From: an uncultured Clostridia bacterium
GTDB lineage: Bacteria; Bacillota; Clostridia; Christensenellales; UBA1242
Direction: 5' to 3'
Assembly: GCA_944332395.1 (NCBI GenBank)
Contig: CALVJV010000043.1
Coordinates: 1-49,166, forward strand
Length of the DNA stretch: 49,166 bases
Shown here in pieces: positions 9,886 to 19,301 of the stretch. A program made the position numbers and the translations under genes. A model generated the notes under the pieces. That model was not told the origin of the DNA. It saw only the letters and a list, made by a program, of their open reading frames with translations, and ran no database searches. Each line of letters opens with the position of its first letter. The first letter of the stretch is position 1.

Positions 9886-10407
9886 TTAATGGGTACCAAA
9901 CCTTCCATCTTTTCTTTGCACTGATAGTATTGCTCTATTGTTTTTTGCTAATTCTTTTCCTCTTTTTACGGCTTCTTCTTTTGAAGCATAACTTGCAATT
10001 AATCTTTTTGACCCTGTTTTCTTTATAATCCACTTATTGGATTTTTCATCAAATCGAACATGATATCTCGTTGGTTTCTTTTCGCCAAGTTTTTTTGATT
10101 TGTTTTGCTTTTTATCAATCTCAAGAGTTTTTTGCTCATTAACAGACTTACTTTTGTTGCTTCGCTGAATATTATTGTTTTTAGTTTCTTTTAAATCTGT
10201 ATCTCTATTAGAAAAAACTTCTTTACTAGTGTTCGAAGCATTTTTTTCGTCAACTTTAATTGCCATATTTTGATTTTGCTTATTAACAACCTTCTGTTTT
10301 TTTCTATCTTCTTTCTTCTTTATTTTTTCGTTTATTTTATCAAGTTTTTTTTCAAGTTTAGATATTTCATTTTCCAAATCTTTTTTCTTTGCTTTTAGCA
10401 ACCACAT
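9886..10407 (-). CDS. Lys-rich coiled-coil protein with C-terminal DUF2188-like domain
   Basis: C-terminus YHV...KWIIKKTGSKR...SKEEAVKRGKELAK...VQRKDGRF. ATG at 10407 follows GAGGTG. Confidence 0.75.
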   Translation of the reverse strand: MWLLKAKKKDLENEISKLEKKLDKINEKIKKKEDRKKQKVVNKQNQNMAIKVDEKNASNTSKEVFSNRDTDLKETKNNNIQRSNKSKSVNEQKTLEIDKKQNKSKKLGEKKPTRYHVRFDEKSNKWIIKKTGSKRLIASYASKEEAVKRGKELAKNNRAILSVQRKDGRFGTH

Positions 10408-10530
10408 ATCCTTCACCTCGAGTTTATTTTACAACAATTTTAAATTATTGTCGATCGTTTTAATATAATTTCAACATTTTATATACATAATATTTGACAA
10501 AATATAACTTGTGTGATATTTTTTTGATAT

Positions 10531-10606
10531 GGGCAATTAACTCAGCTGGGAGAGTGTCACTTTGACGTGGTGAAAGTCACAGGTTCGAGTCCTGTATTGC
10601 CCACCA
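10531..10606 (+). tRNA. tRNA-Val(GAC)
   Basis: TCACT-TTGACGT-GGTGA arm, CCA; TTGACA upstream. Confidence 0.93.
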
Positions 10607-10630
10607 CAATGATTAAACATATTTGATATT

Positions 10631-11338
10631 ATGATTAAAATAAACAATTTAAGTTATTCAGTTAAAAATTTAAATAATGAAAAAAAAGATATTTTAAAGA
10701 ATTTATCTATTAATTTCTTACCAGGTAAGATTACAGCAATTACCGGCTCTAATGGGAGCGGAAAATCCACTCTTATAAAAACTATTATGGGGATATTAAA
10801 ACCTGATTATGGAACTATATTCTTTAAGGATATAAATATAACAGATTTCTCAATTACCGAAAGGGCAAAACTAGGAATATCTGTTGCATTTCAGCAACCC
10901 ATTACATTTAAAGGCATAAAAATTAAACAATTGTTAGAAGTCGCAGGCGCAAAGTCGTTTAATGATATGTGTTTATGTCTTTCGAAGGTAGGTCTTTGTG
11001 CCAAAGATTACATTAATAGATATTATGATTCCAATCTTTCAGGCGGAGAAGCAAAACGAATAGAACTTGCAATGTGTTTAGCAAAAAACGGAGAAGTTTT
11101 TTTATTTGATGAACCCGAAGCTGGTATTGATTTGTGGAGTGTTGACAATTTGGTATCTTTAATTAAAAATTTAAAAGATAAAACCATTATAATAGTTAGT
11201 CACCAACAAAAAATTTTAGAAATTGCAGATGAAATTTTAATTTTGAATGATAATGGATATGAAATTGGCCCCCAAAATATTATGTTGAACAAAATAAAAC
11301 CAATTCAAACTTGTGGTGTATTAGGAGACCAAAAATGA
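10631..11338 (+). CDS. sufC: SufC-like (SmsC-type) ABC ATPase
   Basis: GSNGSGKS, ITERAKLGI.VAFQQP, LSGGEAKRIE, FDEPEAGIDLWS. Confidence 0.85.
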   Translation: MIKINNLSYSVKNLNNEKKDILKNLSINFLPGKITAITGSNGSGKSTLIKTIMGILKPDYGTIFFKDINITDFSITERAKLGISVAFQQPITFKGIKIKQLLEVAGAKSFNDMCLCLSKVGLCAKDYINRYYDSNLSGGEAKRIELAMCLAKNGEVFLFDEPEAGIDLWSVDNLVSLIKNLKDKTIIIVSHQQKILEIADEILILNDNGYEIGPQNIMLNKIKPIQTCGVLGDQK

Positions 11339-12249
11339 ATAAAATTGAACAAACTATCTATAATCAGACTATGCAACTCACCCATCAACCATCAGGTGCA
11401 TTTAGTTTAAGAGTAAATGGTCAATCCGCCAAACAAAAATCCACTAACAACATAATAATCAAACAAAAACAACAAAAAAATGGTATAGATGTGATCATTA
11501 AACCCAATACCCAAAATGAAAGTTTGCATTTGCCCGTTATATTATCTGATCCGGGATTAAAAGATAGTGTATATAATGATTTTTATATTGGTGATAATGC
11601 AAACATAAAAATTATTTCTGGATGTGGCATTCACAACGACAGTAATCTAACAAGTACACATAATGGAATTCACACATTTCACATTGGAAATAATTCTTTT
11701 GTTGAATACATCGAACGACATATTGCTTTGGGCCTTGGCAAAAAGAAAAAATTGAACCCAAAAACAAAAATAAAATTAGGACAAAATTCGACATTAAAAA
11801 TTTTAACTCAACAAATTAGCGGTGTCTCAAATTCAAATAGAATTACACAAGCAAAACTAGGCGAAAACTCATCGTTAATTATAGAAGAAAAAATATGCAC
11901 ATCTAATACCGAAGAAGCTATTTCTAATTATAATATTGAATTAAATGGATACCAAAGCAGTTGTAAAATATCAAGCAGAAGTGTGGCAAAAAACAATTCA
12001 AGACAAATTTTTGAATCGAATTTAATTGGAAAGAACAAATGCTTTGGGCATGTTGAATGCGATGGAATTATTTTGGATAAAGCAAAAATGTATTCTACAC
12101 CTAAAATAAGTGCTGAAAATAGCGATTCAACATTGATACATGAAGCAACAATTGGCAAAATTGCTGGAGAACAATTAACAAAACTTATGACATTAGGACT
12201 AAACAAAGAACAAGCAGAAGAAATAATAATAAACGGATATTTATGTTAA
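11335..12249 (+). CDS. SufB/SufD-family (SmsB-type) Fe-S scaffold
   Basis: GHVECDGII, LIHEATIGKIAGEQLTKLMTLGL...AEEIIINGYL; ATGA overlap with sufC stop; SD AGGAG. Confidence 0.85.
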   Translation: MNKIEQTIYNQTMQLTHQPSGAFSLRVNGQSAKQKSTNNIIIKQKQQKNGIDVIIKPNTQNESLHLPVILSDPGLKDSVYNDFYIGDNANIKIISGCGIHNDSNLTSTHNGIHTFHIGNNSFVEYIERHIALGLGKKKKLNPKTKIKLGQNSTLKILTQQISGVSNSNRITQAKLGENSSLIIEEKICTSNTEEAISNYNIELNGYQSSCKISSRSVAKNNSRQIFESNLIGKNKCFGHVECDGIILDKAKMYSTPKISAENSDSTLIHEATIGKIAGEQLTKLMTLGLNKEQAEEIIINGYLC

Positions 12250-12274
12250 ACATTTTTTTAATTTATAAGATCAT

Positions 12275-12310
12275 AAAAAAAGAACTCAATAAAAAATTGG
12301 GTTCTTTTTT
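12275..12310. terminator. Bidirectional intrinsic terminator
   Basis: A-run GAACTCAAT...ATTGGGTTC T-run between convergent genes. Confidence 0.75.
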
Positions 12311-12335
12311 AATACTATACAACTTTTTTAAGTTT

Positions 12336-13811
12336 CTATAACAAAACACAAATTATTCCACCTTTTCCTTCATTGACAATTTTAGACAATGTTTTTCGCA
12401 TTTTTATTTGTGCCTCTTCTGGCAGCGTTTGCAATTTTCCATTTATTCCTTCTCTAACCAAAGCAGAAAGAGGTTTCCCAAACATATTAGTTTCCCAAAT
12501 TCCTTGTGGATTATTTTCAAATTCATTTAATAAATAAGAACCAAGTTCTTCTGTCTGCCATGCGCTACCAACTGCTGGAATCACTTCTGTTTCAACATCA
12601 ACCTTCATAATATGCAACGATGGAGCCGAAGCCTTCAATCTAACACCAGAATTTGAGCCCCTTTTTACTATTTCTGGTTCTTCAAGTTTCATTTCTTCTA
12701 TACTTGGTAAAACTACACCATAGCCAGTTTCATCAACAGATTCTAACGCAGCTTTTAATCTATCGTATTGTTTTTTTGCAACCGAAAGTTCAGATACATA
12801 ACTCATTAATTTGAAATCATCAGAAATATCAGCGCCACACGTTTCAGATAAAATTTTATAAAACAACTCCTGATTTGCCGATATATCAACATCAATAGAG
12901 CCGTCTCCAAGATTAACTTTTGAAACAACAGCAGATAGGTTTTCACTTTCTGCAAACAAATTTTTTAATTTGCAAGCTTCACTAATTTTTGAAATCCCAG
13001 ATGTTTGATTTCCTATTTCAGCAACAATTCCCGAAATTAAAGGACTTTCATAAGGCAATGTTCTCATCCAGTCAGGCATAGAAAAATTAATTTTAGTTAT
13101 TGGAAATTCACTTAATACTTTTTCCAAAATCATATTAATATTGTCAATATTTAAATTTAGAACATCTAATGGTACAACCGGAGTAGCATATTTTTCTTCT
13201 AGTACAGAACACATTTTTAAAACTTTTTCGTCTTCAGGATTTTTAGTATTAACAACAACAACAAATGGTTTTTTTGCCGCTTTTAATTCTTTAACAACTC
13301 TTTCTTCAGCAGATAAATATGAAACTCTTGAAATATCAGTTATAGATCCATCTGTTGTAACCAAAATGCCAATTGTAGAATGTTCTGAAATAACCTTATA
13401 GGTTCCTATTTCAGCAGCTTTTTCAAATGGCATCTCTTCATCACTCCAAGGAGTTTTAACCATTCTAGGCATTCCATTTTCTACGTGTCCTGATACGCCG
13501 TCAATCAAATATCCAACACAATCGACCAATCTAACTTTCATAGAAACACAACCATCTAATTCTATTTCAGCTGGCTCGGCAGGAATAAATTTGGGTTGCA
13601 TCGTCATTATTGTCTTGCCATTTCCACTTTGTGGCAATTCATCTTTTGTTCGCTCTTTTTCGTTTTTATCTTTCATGACAGGCAAAACAAGATTGTCCAT
13701 AAACTTTTTTATAAATGTAGATTTTCCAGTTCTAACTGGGCCAACAACACCTAAATATAAAACTCCACCAGTTCGAGTTTTTATGTCGTTGTAAACTTCG
13801 AATTTTTCCAT
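12336..13811 (-). CDS. spoIVA: Stage IV sporulation protein A
   Basis: GVVGPVRTGKSTFIKKF, DELPQS, RLVDCVGY, C-terminal NEGKGGIICVLL. Confidence 0.97.
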   Translation of the reverse strand: MEKFEVYNDIKTRTGGVLYLGVVGPVRTGKSTFIKKFMDNLVLPVMKDKNEKERTKDELPQSGNGKTIMTMQPKFIPAEPAEIELDGCVSMKVRLVDCVGYLIDGVSGHVENGMPRMVKTPWSDEEMPFEKAAEIGTYKVISEHSTIGILVTTDGSITDISRVSYLSAEERVVKELKAAKKPFVVVVNTKNPEDEKVLKMCSVLEEKYATPVVPLDVLNLNIDNINMILEKVLSEFPITKINFSMPDWMRTLPYESPLISGIVAEIGNQTSGISKISEACKLKNLFAESENLSAVVSKVNLGDGSIDVDISANQELFYKILSETCGADISDDFKLMSYVSELSVAKKQYDRLKAALESVDETGYGVVLPSIEEMKLEEPEIVKRGSNSGVRLKASAPSLHIMKVDVETEVIPAVGSAWQTEELGSYLLNEFENNPQGIWETNMFGKPLSALVREGINGKLQTLPEEAQIKMRKTLSKIVNEGKGGIICVLL

Positions 13812-13841
13812 TCACACCCTCCAAAATCATTGATTTATTAA

Positions 13842-13870
13842 ATATTATGCTAATACGTAAAGGTTTAGAA
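13842..13870 (-). promoter_or_regulatory. Putative sigmaE promoter of spoIVA
   Basis: TTCTAAAC...CATAATAT matches the cATAnnnT -10; spoIVA is a known sigmaE target. Confidence 0.55.
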
Positions 13871-13872
13871 CA

Positions 13873-14208
13873 TTAATCAACATTAAGCTCTCTTTGATAT
13901 TTGCTATATATTGTGTTTTCCTCATTAATGTTTTTATTTCTAATTTCATTTGAAATTGGTTCAAGCCTAACTAAAATAACATCATCTCCAATTTTTTCTA
14001 TTTTCTCCAAAGGAATAAAAAGATCTTCGGCTTTTCTTGAAAATAATTTTCTAATACCTGGAACTATTATTCCAAGCACCTGGTTAGTACTGGCATTAAA
14101 CATTAAATCTAATACCCTACCCAATCTTTTTCCATCAAATAGATTAATTATTTCCTTTTCTCTCATTTCACAAAATGTTATTTCGTTATTTGTTTCTTTA
14201 TGTTCCAT
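13873..14208 (-). CDS. YlmC/YmxH family PRC-barrel sporulation protein
   Basis: KEIINLFDGKRLGRVLD...IPLEKIEKIGDDVILV. Confidence 0.9.
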   Translation of the reverse strand: MEHKETNNEITFCEMREKEIINLFDGKRLGRVLDLMFNASTNQVLGIIVPGIRKLFSRKAEDLFIPLEKIEKIGDDVILVRLEPISNEIRNKNINEENTIYSKYQRELNVD

Positions 14209-14232
14209 TTTATATCTCCTATCAATTCTCTA

Positions 14233-14262
14233 GTATAAAAATATATGCAAAAGGAAAACATA
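14233..14262 (+). promoter_or_regulatory. Putative sigmaF/sigmaG promoter of sigG
   Basis: GTATA-15 bp-GGAAAACATA versus consensus GYATA-N15-GGnnAnAnTA. Confidence 0.6.
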
Positions 14263-14293
14263 ACATTAAAGTTTTCCAAAAAAGGAGCAAAAA

Positions 14294-15061
14294 ATGGCAA
14301 ATAAAGTTGTTATATGTGGAGTCGATACATCTAATTTACCAAAAATTTCTTCTAAAGAAATGGACGAATTGGTATTAAAACTAAAAACCGATAGAAACTC
14401 TTACAGAGAAAAATTTGTCTATTATAACATGAGGTTAGTTTTATCAATAGTTCAACGATTCTGTATAAAAAAAGAACTTATAGACGACGTTTTTCAAGTA
14501 GGTGTAATCGGGCTTTTAAAGGCTGTTGATAATTTTAATACTGACCTAGGCGTAAAATTCTCTACTTATGCTGTACCAATGATAAATGGAGAAATAAGGC
14601 GATTTTTAAGAGACAATACCAGCGTGAAAGTAACAAGAAATTTAAGAGACACTGCATACAAAGCCATGCAATCAAGAGAAAAATTCAATAAACTAGGACT
14701 AGACGCCACAAATTCCATGATTTCAAAAGATACCGGAATTAATGAGAGCGAAATTGCAAAAGCACTTGATGCAATATCAGATCCCGTTTCATTATATGAT
14801 TTTGTGTACTCTGATGGAAATGATGGGATATTGCTTGTAGATCAACTGAAAGACCCAATATGTTCAGAAGAAAAATGGCTTGAGAATAACTCATTGGAAA
14901 ATGCTATTTCTGGTCTTGAAGAACGCGAAAAAATGATATTATTTTTAAGATATTTCGAAGGTAAAACTCAAATGGAAATATCAGAAGAAATAGGCATTAG
15001 TCAAGCACAAGTATCTAGATTAGAGAAAAATGCCCTATCATACATGAAACATCAATTATAA
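14294..15061 (+). CDS. sigG: Forespore sigma factor SigG (inverted relative to neighbours)
   Basis: Diagnostic N-terminus NKVVICGVDTSNLP; FSTYAVPMINGEIRRFLRD; GKTQMEISEEIGISQAQVSRLEK. Confidence 0.96.
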   Translation: MANKVVICGVDTSNLPKISSKEMDELVLKLKTDRNSYREKFVYYNMRLVLSIVQRFCIKKELIDDVFQVGVIGLLKAVDNFNTDLGVKFSTYAVPMINGEIRRFLRDNTSVKVTRNLRDTAYKAMQSREKFNKLGLDATNSMISKDTGINESEIAKALDAISDPVSLYDFVYSDGNDGILLVDQLKDPICSEEKWLENNSLENAISGLEEREKMILFLRYFEGKTQMEISEEIGISQAQVSRLEKNALSYMKHQL

Positions 15062-15084
15062 TGTAGAAGTTAAACTTCTACATT
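15060..15084. terminator. 25-bp palindrome at the sigG/sigE convergent junction
   Basis: AATGTAGAAGTT-A-AACTTCTACATT, followed by TTGCTTTT on + only. Confidence 0.7.
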
Positions 15085-15783
15085 TTGCTTTTCAATATTA
15101 TGTTTTAGTTTATCTAAAATTTTCTTTTCAAGCCGCGAAATGTAACTTTGCGATATTTCAAGTTCATCAGCAACTTCTTTTTGAGTCATTTCCTTATTTG
15201 TATTCAAACCATATCTCATTTCCATAATATTTCGTTCTCTAGGCATTAATGATTCTACCGCTATCTTAAGTTGATCTTTTTCAACTAAATTCTCATATGT
15301 TTTAAACAGCATATCTGGATCAGTTCCAATAACATCTTGCAATAGTAATTCGTTTCCATCTGAATCAGTATTTAAAGGATTATCTAAAGACAAATCTAAT
15401 TTTGTTTTAGAATTTTTTCTCATATACATAAGAATTTCATTTTCAATGCAACGCGAAGCATAAGTCGCTATTTTTATGTTTTTATTTGCATCAAATGAAT
15501 TAATTGCCTTAATTAATCCTATTGTTCCAATGGAAATCAAATCTTCAATCCCAACGCTTGATTTTTCAAACTTTTGTGCAATATAAACCACCAATCTTAA
15601 ATTATGTTCAATTAAAATTGTTCTAACTGACTCATCTCCATTTTTTAAGTTTTCAATAAGTTTTTCTTCATCTTCACTAGAAAGCTTTTCTGGAAGATTC
15701 GCATTCCCTCCAATATAATGAATTTGGTTTTTTCTCTTAAATAATTTAAATAACCAAAGCTTAAAAAGTAAAAATAATTTCAT
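15070..15783 (-). CDS. sigE: Pro-sigmaE mother-cell sigma factor
   Basis: Basic/hydrophobic pro-sequence, YIGG..LP, IEHNLRLVVYIA, ATYASRCIENEILM, ISQSYISRLEK; SD GGAGGAG. Confidence 0.96.
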   Translation of the reverse strand: MKLFLLFKLWLFKLFKRKNQIHYIGGNANLPEKLSSEDEEKLIENLKNGDESVRTILIEHNLRLVVYIAQKFEKSSVGIEDLISIGTIGLIKAINSFDANKNIKIATYASRCIENEILMYMRKNSKTKLDLSLDNPLNTDSDGNELLLQDVIGTDPDMLFKTYENLVEKDQLKIAVESLMPRERNIMEMRYGLNTNKEMTQKEVADELEISQSYISRLEKKILDKLKHNIEKQNVEV

Positions 15784-15799
15784 AACCACTCCTCCCTGC

Positions 15800-16630
15800 T
15801 CACATTAAATCTGGCCCAAACAAAGCATCAACTTTTAATACTTCAGAAAACTTCTCATTAGAAATAGCGACCATCGCTTCATGCCTAAAATTACCAATAT
15901 GTAGCCAATCTGGTTTAAAAGCAATTAATTTACCATTCCCACTTGTAGTATTTATAGGTATAAAGTGCTGTTTATAATGTTTAGGTAATTTATTTGCGAG
16001 CAAAGAATCCCACCAATTTTTTGATAGCATTTTTAATGCCTGTTTACAAACAACAATAACAGGCAGCCCGGTTTGTGGATCTAATAGTCTATTTCCACTA
16101 TCCATATAACCTGACAAATTTAATATTTTGCCATCAATTTGCAGAGATATAGACCGCAAAAATGGCGCAATAATGCGTCTTTCACGAATATATTTAACCA
16201 AAAATAACACTGCTTCAAATACGCAAAAAACACCAAGAATTAATAATCCAACAGGCAAAGCCCCACTATAATTTAATGAAAAATCAATAGCAGAATCATG
16301 CTTAAATAAATATAAAAAAGCAATAGTCATTCCAGCCAAAGAAAAGGTAAAAACCATTAACAACAAAAATCCAACCAACCAAACAAAAAATGGTTGTCTC
16401 CAAAGCACAAAAACAGAAAGTAAAACTCCAGACAAAATTTTAATTGGAATACTGGCATATAATGGCAAACTAACCAACGGCAGACAAATAGCAATAGCTG
16501 TACCTAAAGAACAAGCTAAAAAATATTGCCACCATTTTGCTTTTATATGCAATACTTTAAGCATTAAAAACAAAAGAACAAAATCAATACAAAAATTATC
16601 TAAAATTGCATATTCAATATATACCTGCAC
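15800..16630 (-). CDS. spoIIGA: Pro-sigmaE processing aspartic protease SpoIIGA
   Basis: About 5 TM segments, then DSGNRLLDP..G.PVIVV; upstream of sigE. Confidence 0.92.
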   Translation of the reverse strand: MQVYIEYAILDNFCIDFVLLFLMLKVLHIKAKWWQYFLACSLGTAIAICLPLVSLPLYASIPIKILSGVLLSVFVLWRQPFFVWLVGFLLLMVFTFSLAGMTIAFLYLFKHDSAIDFSLNYSGALPVGLLILGVFCVFEAVLFLVKYIRERRIIAPFLRSISLQIDGKILNLSGYMDSGNRLLDPQTGLPVIVVCKQALKMLSKNWWDSLLANKLPKHYKQHFIPINTTSGNGKLIAFKPDWLHIGNFRHEAMVAISNEKFSEVLKVDALFGPDLM

Positions 16631-16637
16631 AAATACA

Positions 16638-16702
16638 AGTATATTATTTTATCAATAAAGTATGAATAAAATTATTTGTCTAAAATATATAATTTTGTCA
16701 AA
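16638..16702 (-). promoter_or_regulatory. spoIIG promoter with candidate Spo0A boxes
   Basis: -10 TATACT (16638-16643); TGTCTAA (16677-16683) and TGTCAAA (16696-16702) on + are each 1 mismatch from TGTCGAA. Confidence 0.5.
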
Positions 16703-16704
16703 TT

Positions 16705-18018
16705 TTAATTCTTTCTAATTTTTCTTAAAAAAGGTGGAATATCATCCTCGTCAATTTCTATCCTACTGGATCCAACATTCATAAAAGAGTTAGATCCCTT
16801 ACTTTCCTGTCTTGGTTGTTCATTTTCATTCTCAATTTTTTTGCTCTCTTGGTTAGAATTTGAAGAAAAATCAACTTTTGGTGGATCAAACTCCGCATCA
16901 TCACCAAACAAACTAACCTGAGTTTGCTTTACACTATGTTCAACAGATTTACCTGTTAATAAATCCCCATATTTAGAACGATCAAAATTCACAGATGAAC
17001 CTTTTGGAATAACTGTTTGTTCTCTCTCCTGCTTCGCAACTTCACCTCTTTTCATTAAGTTTTCAAAGCTACTATTATTAAATCCAGTTGCAATTATAGT
17101 AACACAAATTTTATTATTGTAGTCTTCATCAATTGTAGCCCCAAAGATTGTGTTTGCAGAAGGGTCTACCACTTCCTTAACCAGATGAACAGCCTCATTA
17201 ACTTCATCAAGAGTTAAGTCAAAGCCACCAGTAACATTAATAATGACTGCTTTTGCTCCTTCTATTGTTGTTTCAAGCAATGGACTTGCAACTGCTTCTC
17301 TAACAGCATCAATATTTCTGTTATCGCCTTCTCCAACGCCAATTCCCATATGTGCCATACCTTGATTTTTCATAACAGTTTTAACATCAGCAAAATCAAG
17401 ATTTATTAATGAAGGCGTCGCAATTAAATCACTAATCCCCTGAATACCTTGACGCAAAATGTCATCTGCATATTTAAACGCATCAATCATGGGGGTTCCT
17501 TTAGGAACAACCTTTAATAGTCTATCATTAGGGATAACAACTAATGTATCAACACTTTTTGCAAGATCAGCAATTCCCATTTCGGCATATTCCATACGCC
17601 TTTTCCCTTCAAATTCAAATGGCTTTGTAACAACAGCAATTGTCAAAATTCCCATTTCTTTTGCAATAGACGCAATAACAGGAGCAGCACCTGTTCCAGT
17701 TCCACCACCCATACCAGCAGTAATAAACACAAGGTCTGTTCCCTTCAATTTTTCGGCAATTTGCGCTTTGCTCTCTTCAGCTGCTTTTCTACCAATTTCT
17801 GGATTTGCACCAGCTCCAAGCCCACGGGTTAATTTTTCGCCTATCTGGATTTGTTGAGAAGCCAAGCTCATCATTAAAGCTTGTCTATCAGTGTTAACAG
17901 CGACAAATTGAGCACTTTTAATCCCAGCACCAATCATACGATTAACCGCATTGTTGCCACCACCACCAACTCCGAGTACCAATATTTTACAAATCGGTGT
18001 TATACTTGAATAATCCAT
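16705..18018 (-). CDS. ftsZ: Cell division protein FtsZ
   Basis: [26 protein letters not shown]-terminal DIPPFLRK; ATG at 18018 after AAGGAG. Confidence 0.98.
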   Translation of the reverse strand: MDYSSITPICKILVLGVGGGGNNAVNRMIGAGIKSAQFVAVNTDRQALMMSLASQQIQIGEKLTRGLGAGANPEIGRKAAEESKAQIAEKLKGTDLVFITAGMGGGTGTGAAPVIASIAKEMGILTIAVVTKPFEFEGKRRMEYAEMGIADLAKSVDTLVVIPNDRLLKVVPKGTPMIDAFKYADDILRQGIQGISDLIATPSLINLDFADVKTVMKNQGMAHMGIGVGEGDNRNIDAVREAVASPLLETTIEGAKAVIINVTGGFDLTLDEVNEAVHLVKEVVDPSANTIFGATIDEDYNNKICVTIIATGFNNSSFENLMKRGEVAKQEREQTVIPKGSSVNFDRSKYGDLLTGKSVEHSVKQTQVSLFGDDAEFDPPKVDFSSNSNQESKKIENENEQPRQESKGSNSFMNVGSSRIEIDEDDIPPFLRKIRKN

Positions 18019-18031
18019 AATATTTCTCCTT

Positions 18032-19183
18032 TTAATGTCCAAATAAAGTTGACAAATTATTTTGATTTTCGTCTAAAGCCATATCCAACAAACCAAAAGT
18101 TGAAGAAAAGTGAGGCCTATTGAGATTTGGCAAAGTTGGTGAAACAATTTCAACCCTTCGCCCAATTTTTTTAGAAAAATAATCCCTTGCCCCACGCATA
18201 TACGACAAACCACCGCCAGTTAAATACATGGGAATATAATCAGGAATTTCATATTCACATTTATTTAAACATTTTAAAACCATACTAGCAATATGGTCAA
18301 CTCTAGCTTTTACAATTTCATTAGCAGTTTTCGCAGAGATGGGCATAAGATAGTCTTTACCAGCCACCTCATAATAATCTGAATCAGTTGCATCGATCGA
18401 AAGGACAACTTTCCTTTTTAAATTTTCGGCTTGCGAAATAGAGATTCTCAAACACTCTGCTAAATCTCCCATAATATGACCGCCACCTATAGAAAAAGTT
18501 TTTAAAAACAACAAACCATCTCCTCTAATAAGCATCACACTACTAGTCAAATAGCCACAATCAAGAAGCAATGCATACCTATCACGAATCTCAGCATCAA
18601 ACAAATACATACTCTCTGCCAAGCAAGAAGAAATATATTCCGCACTTTTTATTCCTAATTCCTCCAATATTCCCTCAATAAAGTCCAAAAAATTATTTTC
18701 TGCAAGCACATAAGAAATATAACCGCCCAAGCGACTTGAGGCCATACCAACAGGATCTATGATTTTTCTCGAATCATCTAAAGTGAAATAAATAGGTGTA
18801 TTGTTTATGACAGTATGAGTTGGATGTTTTCTATAAATATTCCCGACATAAAAAAGTTGATTAATATCTTGTTCTAAAACTTTTTTGCGTTTTGGGAAAT
18901 TAATATTACACTCTCTACAAATAACGCTAGTAAATTCACCAGGCACACCAATATACAAATGTGAAATTTTAATATGTGCACTTGTTTCGGCGTTAGCTAT
19001 GGCAAGAGCAATAGCATTTTTGACATCATTAGGCTCAAAAAATTGTCCATCAGAAAATCCAGTATATTCAACCTCTCCCGTGCCCTTGATATTAAATGTA
19101 TTATTAATGCCACGTTCAGCAACTATGACAGTGATTTTATAAGAACCAATATCTAAAACTGCTACTTCTTTCTTTTTAATCAT
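18032..19183 (-). CDS. ftsA: Cell division protein FtsA
   Basis: [29 protein letters not shown] actin-fold motifs; upstream of ftsZ. Confidence 0.9.
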   Translation of the reverse strand: MIKKKEVAVLDIGSYKITVIVAERGINNTFNIKGTGEVEYTGFSDGQFFEPNDVKNAIALAIANAETSAHIKISHLYIGVPGEFTSVICRECNINFPKRKKVLEQDINQLFYVGNIYRKHPTHTVINNTPIYFTLDDSRKIIDPVGMASSRLGGYISYVLAENNFLDFIEGILEELGIKSAEYISSCLAESMYLFDAEIRDRYALLLDCGYLTSSVMLIRGDGLLFLKTFSIGGGHIMGDLAECLRISISQAENLKRKVVLSIDATDSDYYEVAGKDYLMPISAKTANEIVKARVDHIASMVLKCLNKCEYEIPDYIPMYLTGGGLSYMRGARDYFSKKIGRRVEIVSPTLPNLNRPHFSSTFGLLDMALDENQNNLSTLFGH

Positions 19184-19301
19184 AGACAGAATCCACCTTT
19201 CTTTTAGAATATTATAAATAATCTAAAAAAAACTGTCAAACATTGTTTAACTGATTTTAAAAATTTATACACAAACAAAAGCAACAATCATAAAATATAA
19301 T

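Noticed and set aside
14294-15783. Possible arginine codon reassignment (reported in some low-GC Firmicutes)
   Set aside because: AGG, CGA and CGG all occur at conserved Arg positions in SigG and SigE, so the code looks standard.
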